Source: a virus
IMG/VR virus record: IMGVR_UViG_3300045988_110668
Strand: one strand, 5' to 3'
Length of the DNA: 63,351 bases
A model generated the notes under the pieces. That model searched no databases. It saw only the letters and a program-made list of their open reading frames with translations, and was not told where the DNA came from. This document shows, piece by piece, positions 41,236 through 49,000 of this stretch. The position numbers were made by a program, and so were the translations under genes. Position 1 is the stretch's first letter. Every line of letters begins with the position of its first letter.

Positions 41236-41784
41236 TTATATAACTGATTTAAATTCGGTATGTTCATAAAAACGAGATTGAGTAGCATTACAAAACAAGG
41301 TATTTGTTTTGTAATTAATTGAATTAAGGTTCCTTAAAATCATATCATTTTGGGCAGTAATCTTTTCATCAATCTCATCTATTTTTCTTTCACATTTCAA
41401 TGAAACATCATGTTGTCCAATTCCGTATGCTAATAATTGATTAACATAAGAATTGAGGGAAACACCATTCATTTTAGCTTGTTGTATCAACGAAGAATGA
41501 ACCCATGAGGATGTTCTAACTGAAAATGTACCACTTGAATTTTGCTCCTCATTTACAACTTCAGGGATAGGCTCTCCTTTTTCATACAACATTTCTATAA
41601 AAGCATCTTTTTCTTCAATAAAACTATTTAAAGCAGATACTTTATCTTCTCCTATCCCATGACAAGCATTTAAACCAAGCTCATTGCAGTATGCAACATA
41701 CCACTTTTCGCCATCAAGTTCTTCTTTTTTAATAATAACATTGTACTCCAATGATTTGTAGTACTGTAAATCTTTTCGTGACAT
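41236..41784 (-). CDS. hicB: HicB-family antitoxin with a ~60-aa C-terminal extension
   Basis: YNVIIKKEELDGEKWYVAYCNELGLNACHGIGEDKVSALNSF..GEPIPE, then SGTFSVRTSSWVHSSLIQQAKMNGVSLNSYVNQLL (RHH-like), then extra residues. Confidence 0.75.
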   Translation of the reverse strand: MSRKDLQYYKSLEYNVIIKKEELDGEKWYVAYCNELGLNACHGIGEDKVSALNSFIEEKDAFIEMLYEKGEPIPEVVNEEQNSSGTFSVRTSSWVHSSLIQQAKMNGVSLNSYVNQLLAYGIGQHDVSLKCERKIDEIDEKITAQNDMILRNLNSINYKTNTLFCNATQSRFYEHTEFKSVI

Positions 41785-41804
41785 AATTGTATTGGGTTAG
41801 TGAG

Positions 41805-42128
41805 TTATTGCTTTTTCTTTATCCTTATTATTTCAATTAACACTGGATAAAGATACTGTTTAAAATTAGTCCTCTTTATTAGGACTTCATTGCCACCTTT
41901 ATGGACAACGTGTACTCCAAAATATTTGCCAGGTGTTGGGGCTAAAGGGTGATAAAATCTTTCCATAGAACCACGTGGGCTATCTTGTAATTTTGATCCA
42001 AGAAATTCCGCAATCTTAACCACATGATTAAAAGGCAGATCCACCACAGGCGCACTATAAAGATTTTCTAGTTCTTTTTCCGCATCCTCAATAGTGGTAT
42101 CATTCGTTATTTTAAACTTAAATTTCAT
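41805..42128 (-). CDS. hicA: HicA-like toxin (divergent; GSM instead of GSH)
   Basis: ..PRGSMERFYHP..GVHVVHKGGNEVLIKRTNFKQYL... Position is immediately upstream of hicB. Confidence 0.55.
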   Translation of the reverse strand: MKFKFKITNDTTIEDAEKELENLYSAPVVDLPFNHVVKIAEFLGSKLQDSPRGSMERFYHPLAPTPGKYFGVHVVHKGGNEVLIKRTNFKQYLYPVLIEIIRIKKKQ

Positions 42129-42465
42129 ATAAAACCGAATTTTGGTTGCAAATATAATACCAATATTCCAATTTATAACAGAAAAAAGATAAAAAAGTTC
42201 TTTTTCTTACTCTATTTATACTTATATTCTTTTATAAATATATATAAGAATCCCCGACTACATAGCCAGGGACAAACACAAAGATATAACCCTTGCAATA
42301 ATAGCAAGAGGAATAAGCCAGTATAGCCACTTTTCTAGGCGTTCCATAGCATTACTAGCAGAAGCCGGCAGAAATCCGAGTGGTATCGGTCGTCTGCTTG
42401 TGAAATCAAATCATCTATGTAGTCTTTTTCTCTCATTTTCGCCTGTATTTCTGACAAAATGCCCC

Positions 42466-42891
42466 TTAATATCTTCGGCATAAGTTCTTCCTGCAATGTT
42501 CACACAAGAAGTTCTTCGCTATTGGAAACATCTTCTGACCTACCTCACCGGAAAGATATTGGGCTTCCTCCCCGTAAGGATCAATATTGAATACCTGTGA
42601 GATATGCCGGCACAAGTGCCCTTTTTCGTGGTCCCATGAGTTTTGAAACTCTCCCGGGGAAGAAGTGAGAGCAATTACCATCACAGTCTCACGGTCCTCA
42701 AAGTTCGAATAAGTAAGACCGGTATTGAGAACCCCGGAAGAGAGGTTTCTGTATGCCTGTTTGAAATCCTCTCCTCTACAACCGATACGGTGAAGTGCGC
42801 ATAGAATATCACTGGTCCAGTAAGTCGTTACGGCATAGTACACCTTAACTATCCAATCATATTTCGGTATGTAGAAATCTTGAACTATCAT
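42466..42891 (-). CDS. Small HExxH protein (putative zinc metallopeptidase)
   Basis: WDHEKGHLCRH motif; last gene of the 7-gene cassette. Confidence 0.5.
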   Translation of the reverse strand: MIVQDFYIPKYDWIVKVYYAVTTYWTSDILCALHRIGCRGEDFKQAYRNLSSGVLNTGLTYSNFEDRETVMVIALTSSPGEFQNSWDHEKGHLCRHISQVFNIDPYGEEAQYLSGEVGQKMFPIAKNFLCEHCRKNLCRRY

Positions 42892-42893
42892 AA

Positions 42894-43373
42894 TCAGAGC
42901 ATATCATCCCACATTATAGGTGTGCCACTTCCGATACAATCCGCATAGAAACGGGTAAAAGGAAGACCGTCATACCCGTCAGGATCATCTATGTAATCCT
43001 TCAAGAATAATGCCAAATGGGATTCATCTATAATGGAACTCTTATAATAATCAGCTTTCGCCATATTAGCTACATATACGCAATCATACCCAGCATCTTT
43101 CTCCAGTTTAATTCCGTACTTTTTCAGAAGCTCTTCTACTTCCTCCTTTTTGATCGAAACGAGTTTTTCCTTCTGCTTGGTAGCCTTGTTCTCAACTTCC
43201 ATTTTAGAAACAGCCCATTCACACATCTTCTTAGAGAAGTGCCAACCGTATAACGACAGATAATTTTTCATTGCCGGAGGCATCTTGTCATACGTATCTA
43301 GTCTTTGTCCCATAATTAATTGCTTTTTAGGATAAGAGGGGATTTCTCCCCTCATACGATTAATAGAACTCAC
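42894..43373 (-). CDS. Hypothetical protein (159 aa)
   Basis: Track ORF. Confidence 0.6.
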   Translation of the reverse strand: MSSINRMRGEIPSYPKKQLIMGQRLDTYDKMPPAMKNYLSLYGWHFSKKMCEWAVSKMEVENKATKQKEKLVSIKKEEVEELLKKYGIKLEKDAGYDCVYVANMAKADYYKSSIIDESHLALFLKDYIDDPDGYDGLPFTRFYADCIGSGTPIMWDDML

Positions 43374-43641
43374 CGTTTGAGCGTCTGCGTCTGCGCTCTC
43401 CCATATCTCCGTATATAGGGGATTCCGGGAAATAGCCTGGCATACGACGTTCGTTCATACCGTCACTATCGTAACGTCCATTCTCACGGAATCCCATTCC
43501 ACCGCCACGCATTTCACTCATGGCCTTTTCATAACCATGACGGCAACCTTCACGATAGGCTTCTTCAACCTCGTTTCTTCCTCTCATTCCGAAATCACGA
43601 TCATATCCATCGTGTTCTTCTCTTATCGTCCACATTCCCAT
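43360..43641 (-). CDS. R/G/M/E/D-rich low-complexity protein (93 aa)
   Basis: Track ORF; 14-nt overlap with the next gene. Confidence 0.55.
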   Translation of the reverse strand: MGMWTIREEHDGYDRDFGMRGRNEVEEAYREGCRHGYEKAMSEMRGGGMGFRENGRYDSDGMNERRMPGYFPESPIYGDMGERRRRRSNGEFY

Positions 43642-43643
43642 AA

Positions 43644-44201
43644 TTATTTCTTTGTTTTGGATGTTTCAATTACTCCGAGCTGTTCCATTAACTTCTGATT
43701 CTGTACAATGAGGTCAGCCATATTTCTGCTCATCTCCTGCATGTTCTTATCCATATTGGACATTTGCCCTTTCAATGCGGATATTTCCTGCTCCTGCTGT
43801 TGCTTGGCTGCAAATTCAGGGTTAAGCATGGCAAGCATCTGGTCACATACCCCAAGAAAGTTCTGATGATATTCCACGCTTTTTAGAACATCCTCACTCT
43901 TCTGTTTCATAGTAAGGACCTCGGTATTCATCTCGTCTCTTGACCCTGTAATCAGCATTCCTGTTTTAACATCATCAGCAATATTGGCATTAGCCGGTAT
44001 CTCTTGCAAATTGACATTCTGTCCGTTTATATTCACGACAAAATCAATAACCTGGACAGGCTGTGGATAAGGCATGTTGGGAACAGTCTTATATATAGTT
44101 TTTATAGGGCTTACATTAACGACCTGCCCACATTCCAAACTTGGATTTGCACCTCTGTGAAGAAGATATAACGTACTGTTTACTCGTAAGTTCTGAAACA
44201 T
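43644..44201 (-). CDS. Hypothetical protein with a Q/M-rich C-terminal coiled coil (185 aa)
   Basis: Track ORF. Confidence 0.6.
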   Translation of the reverse strand: MFQNLRVNSTLYLLHRGANPSLECGQVVNVSPIKTIYKTVPNMPYPQPVQVIDFVVNINGQNVNLQEIPANANIADDVKTGMLITGSRDEMNTEVLTMKQKSEDVLKSVEYHQNFLGVCDQMLAMLNPEFAAKQQQEQEISALKGQMSNMDKNMQEMSRNMADLIVQNQKLMEQLGVIETSKTKK

Positions 44202-44270
44202 GATTGTTTAATTTTAAAGGAGTGTGGCTATTTCCATTTTGGAAAATACCACAAAACTCCATGTTAATTA

Positions 44271-44687
44271 TTACTTGCTCCGTAAAGAAGCGGTTTCTAC
44301 TGTAGGAGCCGGAACCGTTGTCGGTCTGTATCCGCCATTAACAAGATACAATTCGTTGGTGTACTTGTTGTAATGAATCTCATAGATGCCGGTTCCAGCC
44401 AAGTTTGCAACAGTTACAGGCTCATTGTTATAAGCCATCAACGGTCTTGTGTCCCCGTTAGTCCCTATCAGTATCGGGAGTGTTGCAGTCGTACCAGCAG
44501 GGATCGCCTGACGAAGATTGACATAGAACCCTCCGACATAGTCCCTGTTGCGGAACGCATGGTTAGGAAGCTCCAAAGTCACATTTTCAGTACCGACAGT
44601 TACAGCCACCGTAGGAAGAGTATTGAAATTCGCTCTTCCTATTGACGGAAACGAGAACGGAAATCCTGTAAAAAAGTTAGGCCACAT
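44271..44687 (-). CDS. Beta-rich hypothetical protein (138 aa)
   Basis: Start at ATG 44687, preceded by AGGAGG. The longer track ORF begins with TTG. Confidence 0.55.
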   Translation of the reverse strand: MWPNFFTGFPFSFPSIGRANFNTLPTVAVTVGTENVTLELPNHAFRNRDYVGGFYVNLRQAIPAGTTATLPILIGTNGDTRPLMAYNNEPVTVANLAGTGIYEIHYNKYTNELYLVNGGYRPTTVPAPTVETASLRSK

Positions 44688-44710
44688 AATTACCTCCTTT
44701 CTTACCAGAA

Positions 44711-45676
44711 TCAACCCCAGTAGTTATTACAACCGCATCCGCTACGTCCGTATGCTGAGTCACCAACATAAGCACCGAAAGCAGCCGCACGGTAAGTATC
44801 CATGTTTACACCAACAATGTTAGGGTATTGAACTGGAACTGTGTTAGGTAACTTGCATTTGATTCCATCAACATCGCTTTGCAATGCTTGCAATCCTGCT
44901 GCAAGGGGAGCAATCTGTTGACCTACCGCATTCAGGATTGTAGCATTCTGATTACGTTGGGAGATTTCAGCCGTAAGAGTTGCCTTTTCCGCAGTAAGAG
45001 ATGCAATCTTATCCTGTAATGCCTGATTCTGAATTGCATCAAGTTTGGCAAGGATAGCATTCGTGTTGGCAGTAGCACCGTCACGTAATGACAATGCGTT
45101 TTGGTTTGCAGTATTAACCAATGTATTGGTCTGGTTGCACATTGCAAGCTGACTCTCATATCCTTGTGTGGTTACAAGCTGTTTCATATCGCAGCAACAG
45201 CTACAGATTTGAGATGTCAGAGCGTTGTTACCCTGCATAATTGCGGTAAGGATACTGTTGGTATTCTGTCCCATTTGGTTGCCAAGACCACAGATTGCCT
45301 GGGATACAGAGTTAATACCGGCAAGGATTTGATCGGAAGAAGTGTTCACGGCTTGTGCCAGTGATGCAATATCGACACCGTTTCGGTTAAGTGTCTGCAT
45401 GATCATCTCTCTTCCTTCGTTCGCTCCTTGATTGTTATTTCCGCCAAAGCCGAAATTGCCATTTCCAAAAATAGCCGCAATCACAATAAGCGCAATGATG
45501 TCTTGAAAACCACCATTGTTACCAAAGAAACCACCGTTACCATTGCCGCCTCCAAGCAGCCCCATCAAGTATCCGGTATCAATTCCTCTGTTTTGCAAAG
45601 ACGGAAGAATAGAAGCAAGCAGACCGTTGCCTGAAGCCGCTCCACCGTCTTGGTTAAAAACATACGTTCTTTCCAT
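44711..45676 (-). CDS. Gly/Asn-rich membrane-anchored coiled-coil protein with Cys clusters (321 aa)
   Basis: GGGNGNGGFFGNNGGFQDIIALIVIAAIFGNGNFGFGGNN, ..ICSCCCD.., C-terminal GCGCNNYWG. Confidence 0.6.
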   Translation of the reverse strand: MERTYVFNQDGGAASGNGLLASILPSLQNRGIDTGYLMGLLGGGNGNGGFFGNNGGFQDIIALIVIAAIFGNGNFGFGGNNNQGANEGREMIMQTLNRNGVDIASLAQAVNTSSDQILAGINSVSQAICGLGNQMGQNTNSILTAIMQGNNALTSQICSCCCDMKQLVTTQGYESQLAMCNQTNTLVNTANQNALSLRDGATANTNAILAKLDAIQNQALQDKIASLTAEKATLTAEISQRNQNATILNAVGQQIAPLAAGLQALQSDVDGIKCKLPNTVPVQYPNIVGVNMDTYRAAAFGAYVGDSAYGRSGCGCNNYWG

Positions 45677-45747
45677 AGAGATTTATACTTTTTTATTACG
45701 GTCAATATCAACCGCATCACAAAAGTATATAATAGAAACTGCGTAAA

Positions 45748-46044
45748 TCAGAGCTCATTTTCAAGCGATTTACGAATATTTTGCAAATATATTGCAATCA
45801 TTTTATTTGTTGTTTTTCGACTCTCAAAAGTAGATATCAGGTAACGTACACTGGCTGATGTTTTGTGAAGCAAAGTGGCGATCTGTTCAGGGTACAGACC
45901 GAATTCAGTAAGGAAGAACACTACAATGGAGCGGGCATCAACAACTTCAGTCACTTTACTTGATGAAAGGATTAATTCTGTGGAAACTTCAGTTTCTTTT
46001 CCTACAAGGTTCAATATTTCGGCAAAAATCTCTGACTTACACAT
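45748..46044 (-). CDS. DnaA-domain-IV-like HTH protein (putative regulator)
   Basis: ..SSSKVTEVVDARSIVVFFLTEFGLYPEQIATLLHKTSASVRYLI.. Confidence 0.55.
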   Translation of the reverse strand: MCKSEIFAEILNLVGKETEVSTELILSSSKVTEVVDARSIVVFFLTEFGLYPEQIATLLHKTSASVRYLISTFESRKTTNKMIAIYLQNIRKSLENEL

Positions 46045-46137
46045 GGTAATTAATTTTTTTGTTGTACTTTTGCCCTTGCCAATCAGTACATACACCAAAA
46101 GAACAAAAGCATACTTCGGAATGTTAAGGATATTATA

Positions 46138-46209
46138 CCCCCTGACACAACCGATGTATGCTTTGGTGTATTAAAGTATTGATTGGCGTCAACTTTAATG
46201 TGTCGGGGG
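46138..46209 (-). repeat. Third, rearranged copy of the CACATTA(A)AGTTGACGCCAATCA / GTGTCAGGGG motif pair
   Basis: Minus strand: CCCCCGACACATTAAAGTTGACGCCAATCA-N31-GTGTCAGGGGG. Confidence 0.7.
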
Positions 46210-46414
46210 TTCTTTTTACTCTACCCCCAAAAGAGCTACATTTGTTATGATAACCGGCCTTCTACTTACCGGATAAACTTAGTGCTTAGTATTAATTAAT
46301 GTATCATTTTAGCCTCCTTTCTTTTAAAACATTTTTCCATTGGAAATTGTTATGTAAGTAAAACTTAAACTTTTCATACCGGAAACGGTCTGTGAAGATA
46401 GTAGTTCCGGTAAT

Positions 46415-46885
46415 TTACCACATAAACAAGTTATAACTAACTCCGGCACCGAAGTACCAACCTCCCGGATAACTATATCCTGCCTGCAAGCCCAATCCCC
46501 AGCGTTTCTTCTTCTGTAAAGGTGAAAGAGTAATAATTTCCTTGTCTCTGTACACCTCCATAAAATCAAGGCTGGGATTATATCCACTGACTACCGCCCG
46601 GTAATCATCGGTCTTATACTCCTTGCTTGTTATCGGTATCAGTGCCGGAATAGAATCTCCTTCTACGATTCTGTCAGTCGTTGTATCTATCAGAATAGGT
46701 AGATATACCGTATCGGTACGTTTCATATTTTCTTTTACCGGCTTAGGGATTGTGTCTCTTACTGTGTCCCGGATATGTACGGTATCTCCCTTAATATAAA
46801 CCGATGACGGCTCGTGCGGATTACAACGCATCCACACGAGAACACCTATAAGCAGGCAGACTAATATCCAAGGGAGGGACTTCAT
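46415..46885 (-). CDS. Membrane protein with an N-terminal TM helix and an aromatic C-terminus (possible lysis accessory)
   Basis: MKSLPWILVCLLIGVLVWMRC... ...WGLGLQAGYSYPGGWYFGAGVSYNLFMW. ATGA overlap with the upstream gene. Confidence 0.5.
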   Translation of the reverse strand: MKSLPWILVCLLIGVLVWMRCNPHEPSSVYIKGDTVHIRDTVRDTIPKPVKENMKRTDTVYLPILIDTTTDRIVEGDSIPALIPITSKEYKTDDYRAVVSGYNPSLDFMEVYRDKEIITLSPLQKKKRWGLGLQAGYSYPGGWYFGAGVSYNLFMW

Positions 46886-47151
46886 AGGATCTCCTTGCTC
46901 GTCCAAGCCGGACTAGACAACAATACATTTAAATCCTCGCCCTCATAGGTAGGATAAGGGAAAGACAACTCTTCCGTTCCGTCATCAGCAATAGTCCTAA
47001 TCATCTTATGAGGAAATAACGCAGCATAGTGCTGGCATTTCATCAAGGTTTCACTCTCATTTACACTCTTGCGAGGAACAAGGTTACGCTTGTTTATCTC
47101 ATCCTGAGGGACCTCTTGCAAGTCAATTGTTGGGAATACAGTGTATTTCAT
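46882..47151 (-). CDS. Hypothetical protein (89 aa)
   Basis: Track ORF. Confidence 0.5.
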   Translation of the reverse strand: MKYTVFPTIDLQEVPQDEINKRNLVPRKSVNESETLMKCQHYAALFPHKMIRTIADDGTEELSFPYPTYEGEDLNVLLSSPAWTSKEIL

Positions 47152-47182
47152 AAACTTTACTATTGAATTACTATCAGACTAA

Positions 47183-48997
47183 TTATACTTGCTCCCAAGT
47201 AACACTCCCATCCTCGTTGAAGATAATTCTCTTACCTGCTATCTCAACTACTGTATGAGAAGATGAACCTATTATGATCTGATTACTATCGGATGTTTTA
47301 ACATTGTACCCTATGGCAATAGAATTTTCTATCACTGCCGGAGTGCTCTTAGAATGCAGTTTAGCTAAATGTCCTATACAGATATTATTCTTACCGTCGA
47401 CATCATAATTGTTCATTGCATCCATTCCTATAGCAACATTTCCTTCACCTTCTATATACAATGCAGCATTAGCCCCGACAGCGACACATTTAGTGTTATT
47501 ACGCACACCTGCAGATGCCCCGACAGCAACACATTTTGATTTAGCAAAATGTGCAGAACCACCACTTAATGTTCTATGCCCTATAGCTACGTTATCGACG
47601 AAATCATTGCTATTTGTCTGCCCTAACGCATTTGTCCCAATTGCGACATTGCGTTCTCCTTGCCCTCTAACCTCTCCCAATGCAGCCTTACCTATTGCTA
47701 CATTATCCTCTCCTTTTGGTATATACCACGCCGCATCAGAACCTATTGCTATATTTCTATCTCCCTCAATTAGGCGCGTTAGGGGGAATGTTCCTATACC
47801 GATATTCCTTGCTCCATATTTTAAGGAACTTAACGATCTCTGACCTATTGCAATGTTGCGGGATCCATTCTGGTTCTTTGCAAGGGCATCGGTTGCACCT
47901 ATTGCAATGTTCCACCAGCCTGTAATGTTATCTGTCATTGTGCCTCCTTCAACATTTTCGTAGTGCTTATTACTATCAGAATCAAGTTCTACCTCTATTG
48001 ATGCCTCATCCTCAGAAACAATTTTACGAAGTTCCACTCCATACACACTTCCATCATATGCTGATGATGCGGTAATTTTAAGACTACCACCGTCCGATAT
48101 CATACCAACATAGAATTTACCTAACGTTCCATTATAGATATCACATAATCCCCCCTCACCGATACTAACACAAACATCCTTTTCGTATGTGCCGACTTTA
48201 GAATAATTGAATATTGCTACATATTTTTCACCCTCAATAGTAGCATGATCAAAAATAAGAGTATCTGTATTGCCTATAGCATGCGTATAAACCCCTTCTG
48301 TGTATTGCCAGTTATCTCCATTGCCAACAATTGAACTGATAAGGTTATCGCCAAGATATAATTTTTTACTTACTTTTCTACGAATGCAAGTTTTAATATC
48401 TTCGGATTGAATATCTTCGTCAAGAGTCACAAGCCCATCTAGTCCAACTCTGAGAAATTTCCCTGCGTTGTTTATTCCTTGCTGTTTATCAACCTTGCCA
48501 TTTATTAATCCAAATTCTGATTTGTATTCAATATTGGTAGGTTCATAGCTTACTCCAGATGAATTAGCGCAATAGACATATAGGTAATTACAATCAGAAG
48601 GTAATACTATCTCAAATGGAAAGTAGTGAGTCTCAATGCTTGTATATCCGTCACAAGCATTAACAATTGAACCGGATACGAAATCGCAATCTTTTACAGG
48701 CAACACGGAGGCTCCATGAGCCGTATCTATCGGTGTAATCATCAGATTTCTTCCTGCCACAACAGGGATAACCTTGTGCTTTGTCAATCCATAATTTCCA
48801 TTAGTTCTGAAAACTAAATCACTACTTGTAATTAATCCACTCCGATAATCATACAAATTCAAGTCGATTGCTTGGGCTTCAATACCAGTAATTTTATCTA
48901 CCTTTGAAAATATTTCCTCAAAGTTCCCATCTATCCCTTGCGCAATGACTCCCCACTTTTGTTCGGAGTCCTTTGCTATGTCAAATATCTTTTCCAT
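47183..48997 (-). CDS. Tail fibre with YadA-head-like N(I/V)AIG repeats
   Basis: At least 12 repeats of ..RNIAIG../..NVAIG../..CVAVGA.. in the C-terminal half. Confidence 0.7.
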   Translation of the reverse strand: MEKIFDIAKDSEQKWGVIAQGIDGNFEEIFSKVDKITGIEAQAIDLNLYDYRSGLITSSDLVFRTNGNYGLTKHKVIPVVAGRNLMITPIDTAHGASVLPVKDCDFVSGSIVNACDGYTSIETHYFPFEIVLPSDCNYLYVYCANSSGVSYEPTNIEYKSEFGLINGKVDKQQGINNAGKFLRVGLDGLVTLDEDIQSEDIKTCIRRKVSKKLYLGDNLISSIVGNGDNWQYTEGVYTHAIGNTDTLIFDHATIEGEKYVAIFNYSKVGTYEKDVCVSIGEGGLCDIYNGTLGKFYVGMISDGGSLKITASSAYDGSVYGVELRKIVSEDEASIEVELDSDSNKHYENVEGGTMTDNITGWWNIAIGATDALAKNQNGSRNIAIGQRSLSSLKYGARNIGIGTFPLTRLIEGDRNIAIGSDAAWYIPKGEDNVAIGKAALGEVRGQGERNVAIGTNALGQTNSNDFVDNVAIGHRTLSGGSAHFAKSKCVAVGASAGVRNNTKCVAVGANAALYIEGEGNVAIGMDAMNNYDVDGKNNICIGHLAKLHSKSTPAVIENSIAIGYNVKTSDSNQIIIGSSSHTVVEIAGKRIIFNEDGSVTWEQV

Positions 48998-49000
48998 AAC

